Positions 45,842 to 56,190 are shown, counted from the first letter of the stretch. The stretch is DNA of 64,000 nt from an uncultured Candidatus Saccharibacteria bacterium (GCA_964365185.1 CAYIOP010000002.1:2684-66683); one strand, 5' to 3'. Notes: generated by a model not told the origin, from the letters alone. Translations and numbers: made by a program.

Positions 45842-46807
45842 ATGCATAAAAATTCTAAACTGACCCTTTCTCTATACCGGAAATTGCTGCTTGTTAGACT
45901 GGCGGAGGAAAAAATCAGAGAGGAGTATCCTTATGATGCCATTAAAACTCCAGTTCACTTGGCCAACGGCAGTGAGGCCATTTCAGTTGGTGTTTCGAGC
46001 GTCTTGCCGCCCGACTCCAAAGTTTTTGGAACTTACCGTAATCACGGTCTTTATCTGTCTTTGACTGACGACACCGACAGTTTTTTTGCGGAGCTATACG
46101 GTAAAGCCGTGGGTTGTGCCAAGGGCAAGGCGGGTTCAATGCATCTTTCTTATCCCGAAAAGGATTTTATAGCAACTTCAGCAATAGTTGGAACCACTAT
46201 CCCGCTTGCCGTGGGAGCCGCCTTAGCAAACAACTATCGTAACTCGAATGATATTGCGGTCGCTTTTTTTGGTGACGGTGCCCTCGAGGAGGGCGTTTTC
46301 TGGGAAAGTCTAAACTTCGCCTGTCTTAAAAAACTCAAAACACTTTTTGTTTGCGAAGATAACGGCTTGGCGATTCACGCACAGGCTCGCGAGCGTCGCG
46401 GGTTTAAATCAATACCTGATGCTATTCGCGGTTTTGATTGTCACGTAGCGAGCGGCGATGGAACAGATCTAAGTTCCGTCAGCGAGCTAACTCAAAGCGC
46501 GTTGAAGTTAATAGCCGAGGATCCTAAGCCGGCATTTCTTCATCTTGCATATTTCCGATTTCTGGAGCATGTGGGTGTAGAAGAGGATTTCTCGGCCGGT
46601 TATCGCGCGAGGCCCTCGGAAGAAGAAATAAAACGATTAGATCCGATCATCCGTTACGAAAGATATCTTCTTGATTCAGGCATAGGCCAGACGGAGCTTG
46701 AGAATATTAAGTCAGAACTTATAAAAAAGATTGATAAGAGTGTCGAGGCCGCTAAGGCGGCGCCCCTTCCATCAAAGGACGAACTATTGACTGACGTTTT
46801 TGTATAA
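45842..46807 (+). CDS. thiamine-diphosphate-dependent dehydrogenase E1 component, alpha subunit
   Basis: E1 alpha TPP-binding region (GTYRNHG..., GDGALEEG). Confidence 0.7.
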   Translation: MHKNSKLTLSLYRKLLLVRLAEEKIREEYPYDAIKTPVHLANGSEAISVGVSSVLPPDSKVFGTYRNHGLYLSLTDDTDSFFAELYGKAVGCAKGKAGSMHLSYPEKDFIATSAIVGTTIPLAVGAALANNYRNSNDIAVAFFGDGALEEGVFWESLNFACLKKLKTLFVCEDNGLAIHAQARERRGFKSIPDAIRGFDCHVASGDGTDLSSVSELTQSALKLIAEDPKPAFLHLAYFRFLEHVGVEEDFSAGYRARPSEEEIKRLDPIIRYERYLLDSGIGQTELENIKSELIKKIDKSVEAAKAAPLPSKDELLTDVFV

Positions 46808-47843
46808 AATGATTTTAACTTTTAGAAACGCCTTAAATTTTGCTATGAAGAAAGAAATGGAATCAGATCGAGATGTTTTTGTGTTTGGATTGGATGTGCC
46901 CGATCATAAACGAATTTTTGGAAGTACAGCGGGACTGGTAGAACAATTCGGTCCGGAGAGGTGTTTCGGAACGCCTTTATCAGAAGAAGCTATGACAGGT
47001 GTGGCTTTGGGGGCTGCCATATCTGGCCTTAGGCCCATACATGTTCATATCAGAGCGGATTTTATGTTTTTAGCAGCTAATCAGATTGTTAATATGGTGT
47101 CAAATATTCGTTATATGAGTGGCGGGAAATTAAAGGTACCCTTAGTCATAAGAGCTGTTATTGGCAGGGGATGGGGTCAGTCGGCGCAGCATAGCAAATC
47201 GCCACACAGCACTTTCGCTCATTTTCCGGGCCTCAAGGTTATTTTACCAACGAATCCGCAGGACGCTTACAGCCTTTTGAGGGCATCGATACGTGACGAC
47301 AATCCAGTTATTTTTTTGGAACATCGCTGGCTTTATGATATAGAGGGCGAGGTTGATGACAGCTTGAATATTTCTTTAGGGAAGGCGGCGGTAAGACGGA
47401 AGGGAGACAAGGTAACAATTATCGCCATCTCTTGGATGAATGTTGAGGCGATGGAGGCGGCCCAAATTTTAGCGAAGCAGGGTGTAGAAGTTGAAGTCAT
47501 TGATATACGATCAATCTCGCCATTAGACGAAGAAACAATTATCGAGTCCGTCAAAAAAACCGGCCGCTGTGTTGTAGTCGATCACGACTGGCGATTCTTG
47601 GGCGCAAGCGCGGAGATAGCCGCCATTATTCAAGAGAAATGCTTTGGACTTTTGAAAAATCCGGTCGCGCGAATCGGTTTTCCTGAGTCGCCTTGCCCCA
47701 CCACGCGACCCCTCGAGGACGCTTTTTACCCGTCGGCAATAAATATTATTAGGATCGTCGAGAAGATGCTTGAACTTCCCGAATCGGATTTGAATAATGA
47801 GAGATTTTACAATTACGAAAATAAATTTAAAGGACCTTTCTGA
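46800..47843 (+). CDS. TPP-dependent dehydrogenase E1 component, beta subunit (transketolase-like C-terminal)
   Basis: Typical E1 beta/transketolase pyrimidine-binding fold (FGTPLSEEAMTGVALGAA...); overlaps the alpha gene by 8 nt. Confidence 0.7.
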   Translation: MYKMILTFRNALNFAMKKEMESDRDVFVFGLDVPDHKRIFGSTAGLVEQFGPERCFGTPLSEEAMTGVALGAAISGLRPIHVHIRADFMFLAANQIVNMVSNIRYMSGGKLKVPLVIRAVIGRGWGQSAQHSKSPHSTFAHFPGLKVILPTNPQDAYSLLRASIRDDNPVIFLEHRWLYDIEGEVDDSLNISLGKAAVRRKGDKVTIIAISWMNVEAMEAAQILAKQGVEVEVIDIRSISPLDEETIIESVKKTGRCVVVDHDWRFLGASAEIAAIIQEKCFGLLKNPVARIGFPESPCPTTRPLEDAFYPSAINIIRIVEKMLELPESDLNNERFYNYENKFKGPF

Positions 47844-47854
47844 TATATATATCA

Positions 47855-48913
47855 ATGCCCAGAAATTCTTTCATTGATGACATTATTCAAGATGATTGCT
47901 TGGATATTTTAGAGAGAATCGATTTGCGACCATTTAGGAATAAAAAAGTACTTTTAACCGGGGCCAATGGTTTGCTAGGTTCTTATCTCACAACTCTTAT
48001 TTTTATAGCCAATCAAAAAAAGAATTTGAACTGTCAGCTAACCTGCGTAAGTCTTCATGGGCCTAATAAAATCGTGAAGAACCTACTTAGAGATAAAAAA
48101 ATAAAATTCTCCAAAATCGATTTGGCAAAAGATTTTGATTTGGGACAGTCAAAATTCAACTTTATATTCCACGCCGCTGGTTATGGTCAACCGGCTAAAT
48201 TTGTAAAGGATCCTTTCTCAACCATAAACATTAATGTTCACGCGACTTCGAAACTTTTGGAAGTTACGAAACGTTCGAGAGGACGGTTTATATTTTTTAG
48301 TTCAGCCGAAATTTATGGTAATATCCCTAAAGAATTGGGGGCGGTTAAAGAGGAGTTCGAGGGGAGTATTTCTATCTCGAATCCCCGGAGCGTCTACGGC
48401 GAGTCGAAGAGGATGGGCGAGGTTTTAACTCTCGCTTTTAGGAGAGAGTATGGAGTTGATGCTAAAATTGTGAGAATTTCTCATGTTTACGGTCCAGGCG
48501 GCTCCACTAACGATAGCAGAGTTTTGTTTGAATTTATAAAAAAAGGATTAACTAAAGACAAGATTGCTTTACTTGATAGGGGCGAGGCGGTGAAAACCTA
48601 TGGTTATATCTCGGACGTTATAAGTATGATTGTGTACGTTGCTCTAAATAGTAAAGATACGGTGTATAACATAGGTGGGCGTGATTCTTTGAGCATTCTT
48701 GAATTGGCAAGGGTGATCGGTAATGTATGTCAAGTGCCGGTTTTAGTTCCTAAAAGGTCAGTGCGTCTAGCGTATATCAGCAAAGACTCAAGATATGTCA
48801 AACTCGATCTAACGAGGATTCTGAAAGAAATGAAAAGATTTAAATTCACGTCATTCGAGAAAGGACTTGCAAGAACAATCGATTGGTTTCGTTTCATAAG
48901 TAAGATGCAGTAA
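47855..48913 (+). CDS. NAD-dependent epimerase/dehydratase (SDR family)
   Basis: KKVLLTGANGLLGSYL glycine-rich motif; YxxxK context. Confidence 0.7.
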   Translation: MPRNSFIDDIIQDDCLDILERIDLRPFRNKKVLLTGANGLLGSYLTTLIFIANQKKNLNCQLTCVSLHGPNKIVKNLLRDKKIKFSKIDLAKDFDLGQSKFNFIFHAAGYGQPAKFVKDPFSTININVHATSKLLEVTKRSRGRFIFFSSAEIYGNIPKELGAVKEEFEGSISISNPRSVYGESKRMGEVLTLAFRREYGVDAKIVRISHVYGPGGSTNDSRVLFEFIKKGLTKDKIALLDRGEAVKTYGYISDVISMIVYVALNSKDTVYNIGGRDSLSILELARVIGNVCQVPVLVPKRSVRLAYISKDSRYVKLDLTRILKEMKRFKFTSFEKGLARTIDWFRFISKMQ

Positions 48914-48934
48914 ATAAATTAACCAACACCATTA

Positions 48935-50098
48935 ATGTTTTGGAAATTACAAGAAAACGTTTTTGAGAAAAGCGACATAAACTTGTTGGTTGATTTTATT
49001 AAGTCAACTGGTCGCTTCACGCAGTTTAAAAAGGTGAGAGAATTTGAGGAGGCCTGGTCTAATTGGCAGGGGACAAAGTACAGCGTTTTTGTTAATTCCG
49101 GCAGTTCAGCTAATTTAGTCATTGTGAGCGTTTTAAAGCAGATCTATGGCTGGAAAGATGGCGATGAAATAATCGTCCCGGCAGTAACTTGGCCAACTAA
49201 TATTAACCCAGCCATTCAACTTGGATTAAAACCGGTCTTTGTTGATATTAATCTAAGCGACCTCTCATTTGATTACGAGGACTTAGTTTCAAAGATAACT
49301 TCGAAAACCCGAGCTATTTTTGTAACCCATCTCATAGGTTTTCCAGCCGATATTAGAAGGATCGAAAAAATTATTGTTGGCAGGGATATTAAAATATTCG
49401 AGGATTGTTGCGAATCGCATGGGGCAAGAATAGGAGAAACTAAAGTTGGAAATTTAGGTTTGGTGAGTTCCTTTAGTTTTTATTGGGGTCATCACATCAC
49501 TACAGTTGAAGGAGGAGTTATTTGCACGAACGACAAAGATATTTATAAAAATGCCATTCTTAAGAGATCGCATGGCCTCGCCCGTGAGTTGCCGATAGAG
49601 TATCATGCGGATTACGCCGCGGCGCACAAGGATATAGATTTTAATTTCTTATTTCTGACAGACGGTTTTAATTTCCGAAACACAGAATTCAACGCGGTTT
49701 TAGGACTTTCTCAAATTAAAAAACTAGATTCTTACATAAAAATTAGAAACGATAATTATCAAAAATTCTTAGAAATCCTCAAGCCCTACCAAAACCATCT
49801 CCACCTCCCTTATAAAGATGGTTTATCATCTTTCTCGTTGCCGTTTTTATTTAAAGACGCTGATAAGCGTAAAAAATTTCAATCAATTCTCCGCGAGAGC
49901 GAAATAGAATCTCGTCCGGTAATCAGCGGCAACCTCCTGCGCCAGCCGTTTCTTTCTTCTTATGGTGACCCTAAAGATTTTGAGAACGCTGAATTCATTC
50001 ACAATAATGGTTTCTATATCGGCAACAACCAGTTCGTGAATGATGAGCGACTCGGCCGACTCGCTGAGCTTGTAGAAGATTTTTTTAAGACCAGGTAG
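48935..50098 (+). CDS. DegT/DnrJ/EryC1/StrS-family PLP enzyme, RfbH/DdhC-like (sugar dehydrase/aminotransferase)
   Basis: FVNSGSSANLVIV...; fold-type I AAT-like; 387 aa. Confidence 0.7.
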   Translation: MFWKLQENVFEKSDINLLVDFIKSTGRFTQFKKVREFEEAWSNWQGTKYSVFVNSGSSANLVIVSVLKQIYGWKDGDEIIVPAVTWPTNINPAIQLGLKPVFVDINLSDLSFDYEDLVSKITSKTRAIFVTHLIGFPADIRRIEKIIVGRDIKIFEDCCESHGARIGETKVGNLGLVSSFSFYWGHHITTVEGGVICTNDKDIYKNAILKRSHGLARELPIEYHADYAAAHKDIDFNFLFLTDGFNFRNTEFNAVLGLSQIKKLDSYIKIRNDNYQKFLEILKPYQNHLHLPYKDGLSSFSLPFLFKDADKRKKFQSILRESEIESRPVISGNLLRQPFLSSYGDPKDFENAEFIHNNGFYIGNNQFVNDERLGRLAELVEDFFKTR

Positions 50099-50175
50099 TT
50101 TCTTCCGATAAATACACAGAACTTATCCCCACCTCACCGATTGACGTGGGAGTTTAATTATATATAATTAAAAAC

Positions 50176-50979
50176 ATGACAAACAACGAAGCCGATAAAA
50201 ATATCCAAGGGCTTAAGCCAAGCGAAGAGGAGTTTGGCGCGGACCGGACGCAAAGGTGCATCGACCTCATGCGACCCGAGGTTAAGGAGCTTTTAAATCT
50301 CCCGCTTAAAGACAAAATAGAAAAGACGGAGGAGATAATCAAAGAGACCATTAAAAAATACAAAAACCCCGGAATAGGTTTCAGCGGCGGCGGTGACAGC
50401 GAAGCCATGCTTCATATTGCCATGAAAATAAAACACGACTGGCCAATACTTCTCGTTGACACCAGATACGAGTTTCCCGAGACCTTAGATTTCGTGGAGC
50501 AACTAAGAAAGGATTGGAACTTCGAGAGTTTTACCGTGGTTAGGGCCGGCACTGATAGAGCCGATGAATTTAAGGAAAAATATGGAGCTGGAACAACCGA
50601 GTTTACTCTTGAGTTTAATAAATGGCACAAGATAGACCCGTTAATCCGCGGCATAAAACAGTTAGGACTCGATGCGTTTCTTGGTGGCATCAGGGGAGTC
50701 GAGCACGAAGAAAGAGCGAAGGAGCAATTCTTTTCTCCCAGAACCGATCCGCCGCATGTGAGGGTCCATCCGATACTTTTCTGGACTAGGGACGATGTGC
50801 AGACATACCTGAAAGACAACGGGCTCCCTCATAATCCTGTCTATGATAAGGGCTATACCTCTCTGGGTTCAACCCTCGATACTACTCCCAATCAAAATCC
50901 CAACATGCACGAAAGAGCTGGCCGAGGGGTTGAGAGAGAAAGGATAATGAAACAACTCCGAAGCTTGGGTTATAACTAA
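50176..50979 (+). CDS. PAPS reductase/FAD synthetase-family (ATP-pyrophosphatase-fold) protein
   Basis: GIGFSGGGDSEAMLHIA PP-loop (SGGxDS) and LLVDTRYEFPETLDFV. Confidence 0.7.
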   Translation: MTNNEADKNIQGLKPSEEEFGADRTQRCIDLMRPEVKELLNLPLKDKIEKTEEIIKETIKKYKNPGIGFSGGGDSEAMLHIAMKIKHDWPILLVDTRYEFPETLDFVEQLRKDWNFESFTVVRAGTDRADEFKEKYGAGTTEFTLEFNKWHKIDPLIRGIKQLGLDAFLGGIRGVEHEERAKEQFFSPRTDPPHVRVHPILFWTRDDVQTYLKDNGLPHNPVYDKGYTSLGSTLDTTPNQNPNMHERAGRGVERERIMKQLRSLGYN

Positions 50980-50999
50980 AACGAAAGTTTTACTAGAAC

Positions 51000-51200
51000 C
51001 TACTTAATATATCCGAGGGCCCTTAAATGTTCGCGTATCTTTTCCCTATCCGGAAGTTGAGAAGGTTCGGTTTTATTGACTAATAACTCGCGGAGAACAT
51101 AGATCACAAACGCCGATGCGGAAACAAACCCGGTGTTTTTGATCAATTTTTTAATTTTTTTATTTAATGGTTCTGGGATAGAAACCGTGGTGTATTTCAT
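51000..51200 (-). CDS. small hypothetical protein, possibly ribbon-helix-helix
   Basis: 66 aa; overlaps the next gene by ATGA; weak RHH-like N-terminus. Confidence 0.3.
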   Translation of the reverse strand: MKYTTVSIPEPLNKKIKKLIKNTGFVSASAFVIYVLRELLVNKTEPSQLPDREKIREHLRALGYIK

Positions 51201-51493
51201 CTTTGCTTTTTCTCTAAGGCGACCTTGAATCGGCCTTTCTTAAAAACTTTATAGTATTCGTAAAGCGCGAATGAAAGCACGACCAGAGCCAGCGTATATT
51301 TCACCTGAAGGGGTCTTTGGACAATCAGCGTGGCATAGCCAAAGGCGACAATATTGGCGACGAACGAAATTCCAAGCAAAAGAAAACTTAAGCCCTCAAT
51401 CGTGCCGGTCTTCCTCGTTTTTATTATTTGGGGGATATAGCAAGCCGTAAAGAGAGTTGTTGCCGTCCATCCCAGCCATTGCGCGAATTCCAT
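51197..51493 (-). CDS. PQ-loop / SemiSWEET-like 3-TM membrane protein
   Basis: 98 aa, three TM helices, CYIPQIIKTRKTG PQ motif in the TM1 loop. Confidence 0.5.
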   Translation of the reverse strand: MEFAQWLGWTATTLFTACYIPQIIKTRKTGTIEGLSFLLLGISFVANIVAFGYATLIVQRPLQVKYTLALVVLSFALYEYYKVFKKGRFKVALEKKQR

Positions 51494-51597
51494 AGATTAA
51501 TTAGAATAATTATATATAATTATATTATCTGTTAGGCAAGTTTCTGTCAAATGGGAATATTTTGACTTTTAGGATTTGAGTTTTAAGATTTATCAAC

Positions 51598-52971
51598 ATG
51601 ACTTCCGAAAAAAAACCCAATATTGTTCTAATTACTTTTGACTGTACCCGGGCCGATCGGATGGGAATTGCGGGTTATAAAAAAAACATCACTCCTTTTT
51701 TGGACTCTTTAGCTAAGAAAGGTGCTTATTTTAAGCGTGCCTACTCAACTGGCCCTGGTTCCCCGCATTCGTTTGTTGCTATCCTTACTTCAACCCTTCC
51801 TTTTGACTACGGTGGCTTTGGATATATAGACAGACCTAGAATGTTGGTTAGTGAGACACTAAAATCAGCCGGCTATACTACAATCGGAGTGCACTCCGCA
51901 GCTTATATGTCTGCTTATTTTGGTTATGACAGAGGGTGGGATCAGCTTGTTTACTTAAGTAATTTTAAAGACGGTGATGTTATTCCCGGCATTCGGCGCG
52001 ATACTTGGCAGGCGCGACTTCTTAAAAAACTTAACGCGGCCCATAAATTTGTAAAACGTAAATCTCCTTGGATAGATAAATGGGTATTTTTTGTGATTGA
52101 AAGAGCCGCTTTTATCTGCCGCAAAATTTTTGTTGATATCTTTAGATTTCGCCCCGCCTTTATCATTGCTGAAGAAATTAATCAGAAAGTTAAAGAAATA
52201 CTTCCGCGTGCCCCGCGTGCCCCGCGCGAACCGCTCTTTCTCTGGGTGCATTATATGGACCCGCACGCTCCCTACACACTTTTTCGGAAGATCAAAGGAA
52301 CTTTTATCCAAAAAATAAGATATTTTTTGTGCGACATCCTACCTTATTTCGTTGGACAAGGAAGTTGGGCCACGCGCCTTTTTAAATCTTTTTTTATCAA
52401 CACCTATGATATTTCTATTCAGTATACCGACCAAAACATCAAAAATCTTTTTGAGTATCTTAATTCGATCGAAGTTATTAATGACGACAGCCTAGTTATT
52501 CTTTGTTCCGACCATGGCGAAGAATTTTTTGAGCACGGCAATGTCGGCCATTTAGCCACTCTCTATAACGTCAATCTTAATGTCCCACTAATTTTTTATG
52601 GTTCCAAACATTTATCTTTCAATGGGATAATTGACCGACCAGTCAGTTTAATGGATATCTCGCCGACGATTTTAGACGTTGCCGGAGTTGAAAAACCAAA
52701 AGTTTTTAAAGGACAAAACATTTTTAATACCGAGCCAAGACCGATTATCGGTCAAGTGCCCGATACCGAAGATGATCTCTCTAATCAGACGTTTCGAGGA
52801 GTCAGTTTAATTTATGATGGCTATAAATTCATTAAAATGATTGATCAAAAAATGCTCTTTTCGCTTGACGATGCCAATGAGCAAAATAACCTCTATGATA
52901 AAAAACCAGAACTTGCAAGAAGAATGGAGGAATTAATAAAGCCCTATGAATTTATACATCCTGCCAATTAG
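51598..52971 (+). CDS. sulfatase-family protein (alkaline-phosphatase superfamily)
   Basis: NIVLITFDCTRADRMGIAGY (sulfatase N-terminal metal/FGly region), HYMDPHAPY, CSDHGEEFFEHGNVGH. Confidence 0.75.
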   Translation: MTSEKKPNIVLITFDCTRADRMGIAGYKKNITPFLDSLAKKGAYFKRAYSTGPGSPHSFVAILTSTLPFDYGGFGYIDRPRMLVSETLKSAGYTTIGVHSAAYMSAYFGYDRGWDQLVYLSNFKDGDVIPGIRRDTWQARLLKKLNAAHKFVKRKSPWIDKWVFFVIERAAFICRKIFVDIFRFRPAFIIAEEINQKVKEILPRAPRAPREPLFLWVHYMDPHAPYTLFRKIKGTFIQKIRYFLCDILPYFVGQGSWATRLFKSFFINTYDISIQYTDQNIKNLFEYLNSIEVINDDSLVILCSDHGEEFFEHGNVGHLATLYNVNLNVPLIFYGSKHLSFNGIIDRPVSLMDISPTILDVAGVEKPKVFKGQNIFNTEPRPIIGQVPDTEDDLSNQTFRGVSLIYDGYKFIKMIDQKMLFSLDDANEQNNLYDKKPELARRMEELIKPYEFIHPAN

Positions 52972-53995
52972 CACTGACCAGTTAAAGGATAATTTTTTTG
53001 ACCCCGCTCCGATTCCAAGCGGTGGCCAGCCCAATGTTGATTTCTGGAATGAATTTAGCAGCGGCCTAAAAAAAGCCGGCGTTGAAGCTCATACCACTGA
53101 TTACTGGAGTAAAGATAAAAGCCAACCCGACGATATCTTGATGGTCATAAATCACCCCGGCGAAACTTTCCTTTGGAGCTCATTCTATTTTCTGAAACAC
53201 TTCAAAAAGCGCGGCGGCTTTATTCTCGAACGCCGCCGATTTTTGTACAAAAACTACCGCTATTTCAAAAAACGTATCCTCTATCAAGGAGAACTGCCGG
53301 TAGCCATGCCTTATGTCTATAATAATTTACCAGCACTTAATAAAAAAGGTATTTACACTAAAATCTTGCTAATCTGCAAAGGTTTTGGCAATTACGATTA
53401 CTTTAACCACTATCTTGATATTAATAAGGATATCACCAGTCAGTACTTTGATAATCCTAAAAATAAATTTTTAGTAATGATTAATTCCAATATTCGGCCC
53501 CACTCTCTTAAAAATGAGTATTATAGTGAGCGTTTAAAGCTCATTAAATATTTCAGCCGCATTCCTGGATTTGATCTTTACGGCTATTTTTGGGATAAGA
53601 GACCACGCCACCCATTCTTTTTTCACTACGGTAAATATGTCCGCCATAGCTGGCGGGGCACGACACCCGATAAAGTTAAAACCCTAAGCGAGTATAAATT
53701 TTCCCTTTGTTTAGAAAATTGTATTTACCCCGGTTTTGTAAGCGAGAAAATTTTTGATTCTCTGGCCGCTGGTTGCATTCCGATTTATCTCGGCCCCAAT
53801 GATACCGAAGAAATTGTTCCTAAGTCCTGCTTTGTTAATTTCCGGCGATTCAATAATTATGATAAGCTTTATCATTATATTTCTGCTCTTACTGAAAAGG
53901 ATTTAAATCGATATCGCGATTCAATAAAAAATTTCCTTAAAAGTCGAACGCCCGACAAAGGAATAGATGTTTTTGTCCATAAACTTATTCATTAA
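52946..53995 (+). CDS. GT10-family alpha-1,3-fucosyltransferase
   Basis: FSLCLENCIYPGFVSEKIFDSLAAGCIPIYLG matches the FxLxFENSxxxxYxTEK...IPIYxG signature of bacterial FutA-type enzymes. Confidence 0.7.
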   Translation: MNLYILPISTDQLKDNFFDPAPIPSGGQPNVDFWNEFSSGLKKAGVEAHTTDYWSKDKSQPDDILMVINHPGETFLWSSFYFLKHFKKRGGFILERRRFLYKNYRYFKKRILYQGELPVAMPYVYNNLPALNKKGIYTKILLICKGFGNYDYFNHYLDINKDITSQYFDNPKNKFLVMINSNIRPHSLKNEYYSERLKLIKYFSRIPGFDLYGYFWDKRPRHPFFFHYGKYVRHSWRGTTPDKVKTLSEYKFSLCLENCIYPGFVSEKIFDSLAAGCIPIYLGPNDTEEIVPKSCFVNFRRFNNYDKLYHYISALTEKDLNRYRDSIKNFLKSRTPDKGIDVFVHKLIH

Positions 53996-54029
53996 TTATT
54001 CTGTTGACCGCTAAAGCCCACTGCGAATT

Positions 54030-54884
54030 ATGAATTTTCAAGAAGAACTTGTTAGTATCGGCTTACCCACCTACAATGGTTTGCCATACCTAAAAAAAGC
54101 AGTTGAATCAGCCCTTAACCAGACATATTCAAATATCGAACTTATTATTACCGACAATCCTTCAACAGATGGAACACAAATGTTCTGTGAAGAATACGCA
54201 AAGAAAGATAGGCGTGTAAAATATATTCGTCATCAAAAGGATATTGGAGCTTTTAAAAACTATAATTCCGCTTTTAAGAACGCTCAAGGAAAATATTATT
54301 GCTGGCTTTCATTTGATGACTATTTAGATAAGTATTTCATTGAAAAATGCGTAACAAAATTAAGAGAAGATAAAAAAGCTATTATGGCGATCAGTAATTT
54401 TGTTTTTGTGAATATTTCTGGAGAAATTGTGTTTAAACCCAATCCCAAAGATTATTTCCCAATCGAAAAAGATCTCTATCTACGGCTTAAGGAATATATT
54501 TTACTATATTGGATACTCGGCAAAGCTACATTGTTTCATGGTCTTTGGCGGCGTGAGGCGATTGCTAATGAAATCATCAGAGACCTACCCGATAGTGATA
54601 TCGGTTTCATTTTCCGAGGACTTTCACGTGGGAACTTTCTCTTTGTAGACGAAGTTCTTTTTTATAAAGGCATCCTGCCCGGCCGCGAATCACGCGAACA
54701 TGAGAAATTAACTTTTAGACGAGTTATATCTTCTATATTTTTCCGGATTAAACTTATCCCACTATATTTTTTTAATATGAAATATACAACTAGAATTAAA
54801 AATCTTTCCTTTGTAAAAAGGCTTAAGCTTATTTTTTGGGAATGTATATCAATAATAAGAATGTTCGTAATGCGAAAATATTAA
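54030..54884 (+). CDS. family 2 glycosyltransferase
   Basis: VSIGLPTYNGLPYLKKAVESALNQTYSNIELIITDNPSTDGT (GT-A DxD region). Confidence 0.8.
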   Translation: MNFQEELVSIGLPTYNGLPYLKKAVESALNQTYSNIELIITDNPSTDGTQMFCEEYAKKDRRVKYIRHQKDIGAFKNYNSAFKNAQGKYYCWLSFDDYLDKYFIEKCVTKLREDKKAIMAISNFVFVNISGEIVFKPNPKDYFPIEKDLYLRLKEYILLYWILGKATLFHGLWRREAIANEIIRDLPDSDIGFIFRGLSRGNFLFVDEVLFYKGILPGRESREHEKLTFRRVISSIFFRIKLIPLYFFNMKYTTRIKNLSFVKRLKLIFWECISIIRMFVMRKY

Positions 54885-54969
54885 TTATTGATAACGATGG
54901 ACTAATTATAAGTTTTTTTTCTTAAGCCTAGAAGAAAATCGCGCAAATTTTAAAATTACGGGACGGTTA

Positions 54970-55641
54970 TTGCATAATTGTTTATGTTTGGATATAATAG
55001 AAGTCAAAAACATGAACGAAATTAAACTCAATATTGGATGCGGTGGACGTCCGTTGGGCGGCTATATTAATGTTGATATGGATAGCGCCGATGATCTCCG
55101 CCGACGCTATCCTAGTCGGAAGTTTGCCCCCGATCTAAAAATCTATGATTATGATATTTTTCATCTTCCATATCAAGATAGTACAGTAGATGAAGTTAGA
55201 GCCGATTCATTCCTTGAGCATCTTTCATTTAGTGAAGAACCAAAATTTTTTAAAGAAGTTAGTCGCGTACTTAAGTCCGGAGGGACTTTCAAGTTTTTAG
55301 TGCCGAATTTTGAAGAAGTTGTTAAAGCTTGGCTTAAAGCCAAGGATGATTGGAAAGAATTTTATAGAAATGACGACGAGGCCATTGCTAAACATCACTG
55401 GTTTGGGAATTATTCTTATGCGATTGATAACCGTTGGGGATACCTGACGGCGGCATTTTACGGCACGCAAAATGGCGATGGGCAATTTCACAGGAATTGT
55501 TATACCGAGGGCAAGATTCGAGCTATGTTAAAATATCTAAGATTTACGGATATTGAGATTCAACGCGAGGGAGTAGAAGACGATCATGATGTAATGTTTT
55601 GGGACGACGTCATGCTTAGGGTTCGTTGCCGAAAACTCTAA
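54970..55641 (+). CDS. class I SAM-dependent methyltransferase
   Basis: IGCGGRPLGGYINVD motif I; LKSGGTFKFLVPN; the probable true start is the ATG at 55013. Confidence 0.7.
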   Translation: MHNCLCLDIIEVKNMNEIKLNIGCGGRPLGGYINVDMDSADDLRRRYPSRKFAPDLKIYDYDIFHLPYQDSTVDEVRADSFLEHLSFSEEPKFFKEVSRVLKSGGTFKFLVPNFEEVVKAWLKAKDDWKEFYRNDDEAIAKHHWFGNYSYAIDNRWGYLTAAFYGTQNGDGQFHRNCYTEGKIRAMLKYLRFTDIEIQREGVEDDHDVMFWDDVMLRVRCRKL

Positions 55642-55660
55642 TTAGTTATTTTCGCAACTT

Positions 55661-55692
55661 AAAAATGCGGCCGCGGAGGCCGCATTTTTATT
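55661..55692. terminator. hairpin terminator (aaaatgcggcc-gcgga-ggccgcatttt)
   Basis: 11-bp perfect stem, flanked by A/T runs. Confidence 0.5.
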
Positions 55693-55734
55693 GACTAAAT
55701 TTAGAGTTAAAGATATTCTGATTGAGTAATTTAC

Positions 55735-56190
55735 ATGATAAACGGCGTCGTTATTAAAAAAATAGATGTTCACACAGATGAACGCGGATTTTTTGCTGAA
55801 TTAGTTAAATTTGGCGAAGAAACTTTTCACGAAATTAAGCAAACCAGTTATTCAGAAACTAAACCCGGAATTATTAAGGCGTTCCATATTCATGATTATT
55901 GGGAGGTCTGGTGTATTGTAAAAGGTGAAGCTCAAGTCGTATTGCATGATCTCCGACCCAATTCAGCGACCCAAGGCAAGACCGATATCATCTTAACTGG
56001 CGAGCAAAATTTGTTGGTGATCGCTATCCCCGGTGGCGTCGCGCATGGTTATAAAACGCTCGGCGCAAAACCCATGGGTATTATCTACCACTCAACCGAG
56101 GCCTATAATCCTGAGAATATCACCATCCGCACCATCCCCTACGATTCTCAGGAAATAAATTTCGATTGGAACAAAAACTATGGCCATTAA
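55735..56190 (+). CDS. cupin-fold dTDP-sugar 3,5-epimerase/isomerase-like protein (RmlC-like)
   Basis: DERGFFAEL...AFHIHD...GGVAHGY pattern. Confidence 0.65.
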   Translation: MINGVVIKKIDVHTDERGFFAELVKFGEETFHEIKQTSYSETKPGIIKAFHIHDYWEVWCIVKGEAQVVLHDLRPNSATQGKTDIILTGEQNLLVIAIPGGVAHGYKTLGAKPMGIIYHSTEAYNPENITIRTIPYDSQEINFDWNKNYGH

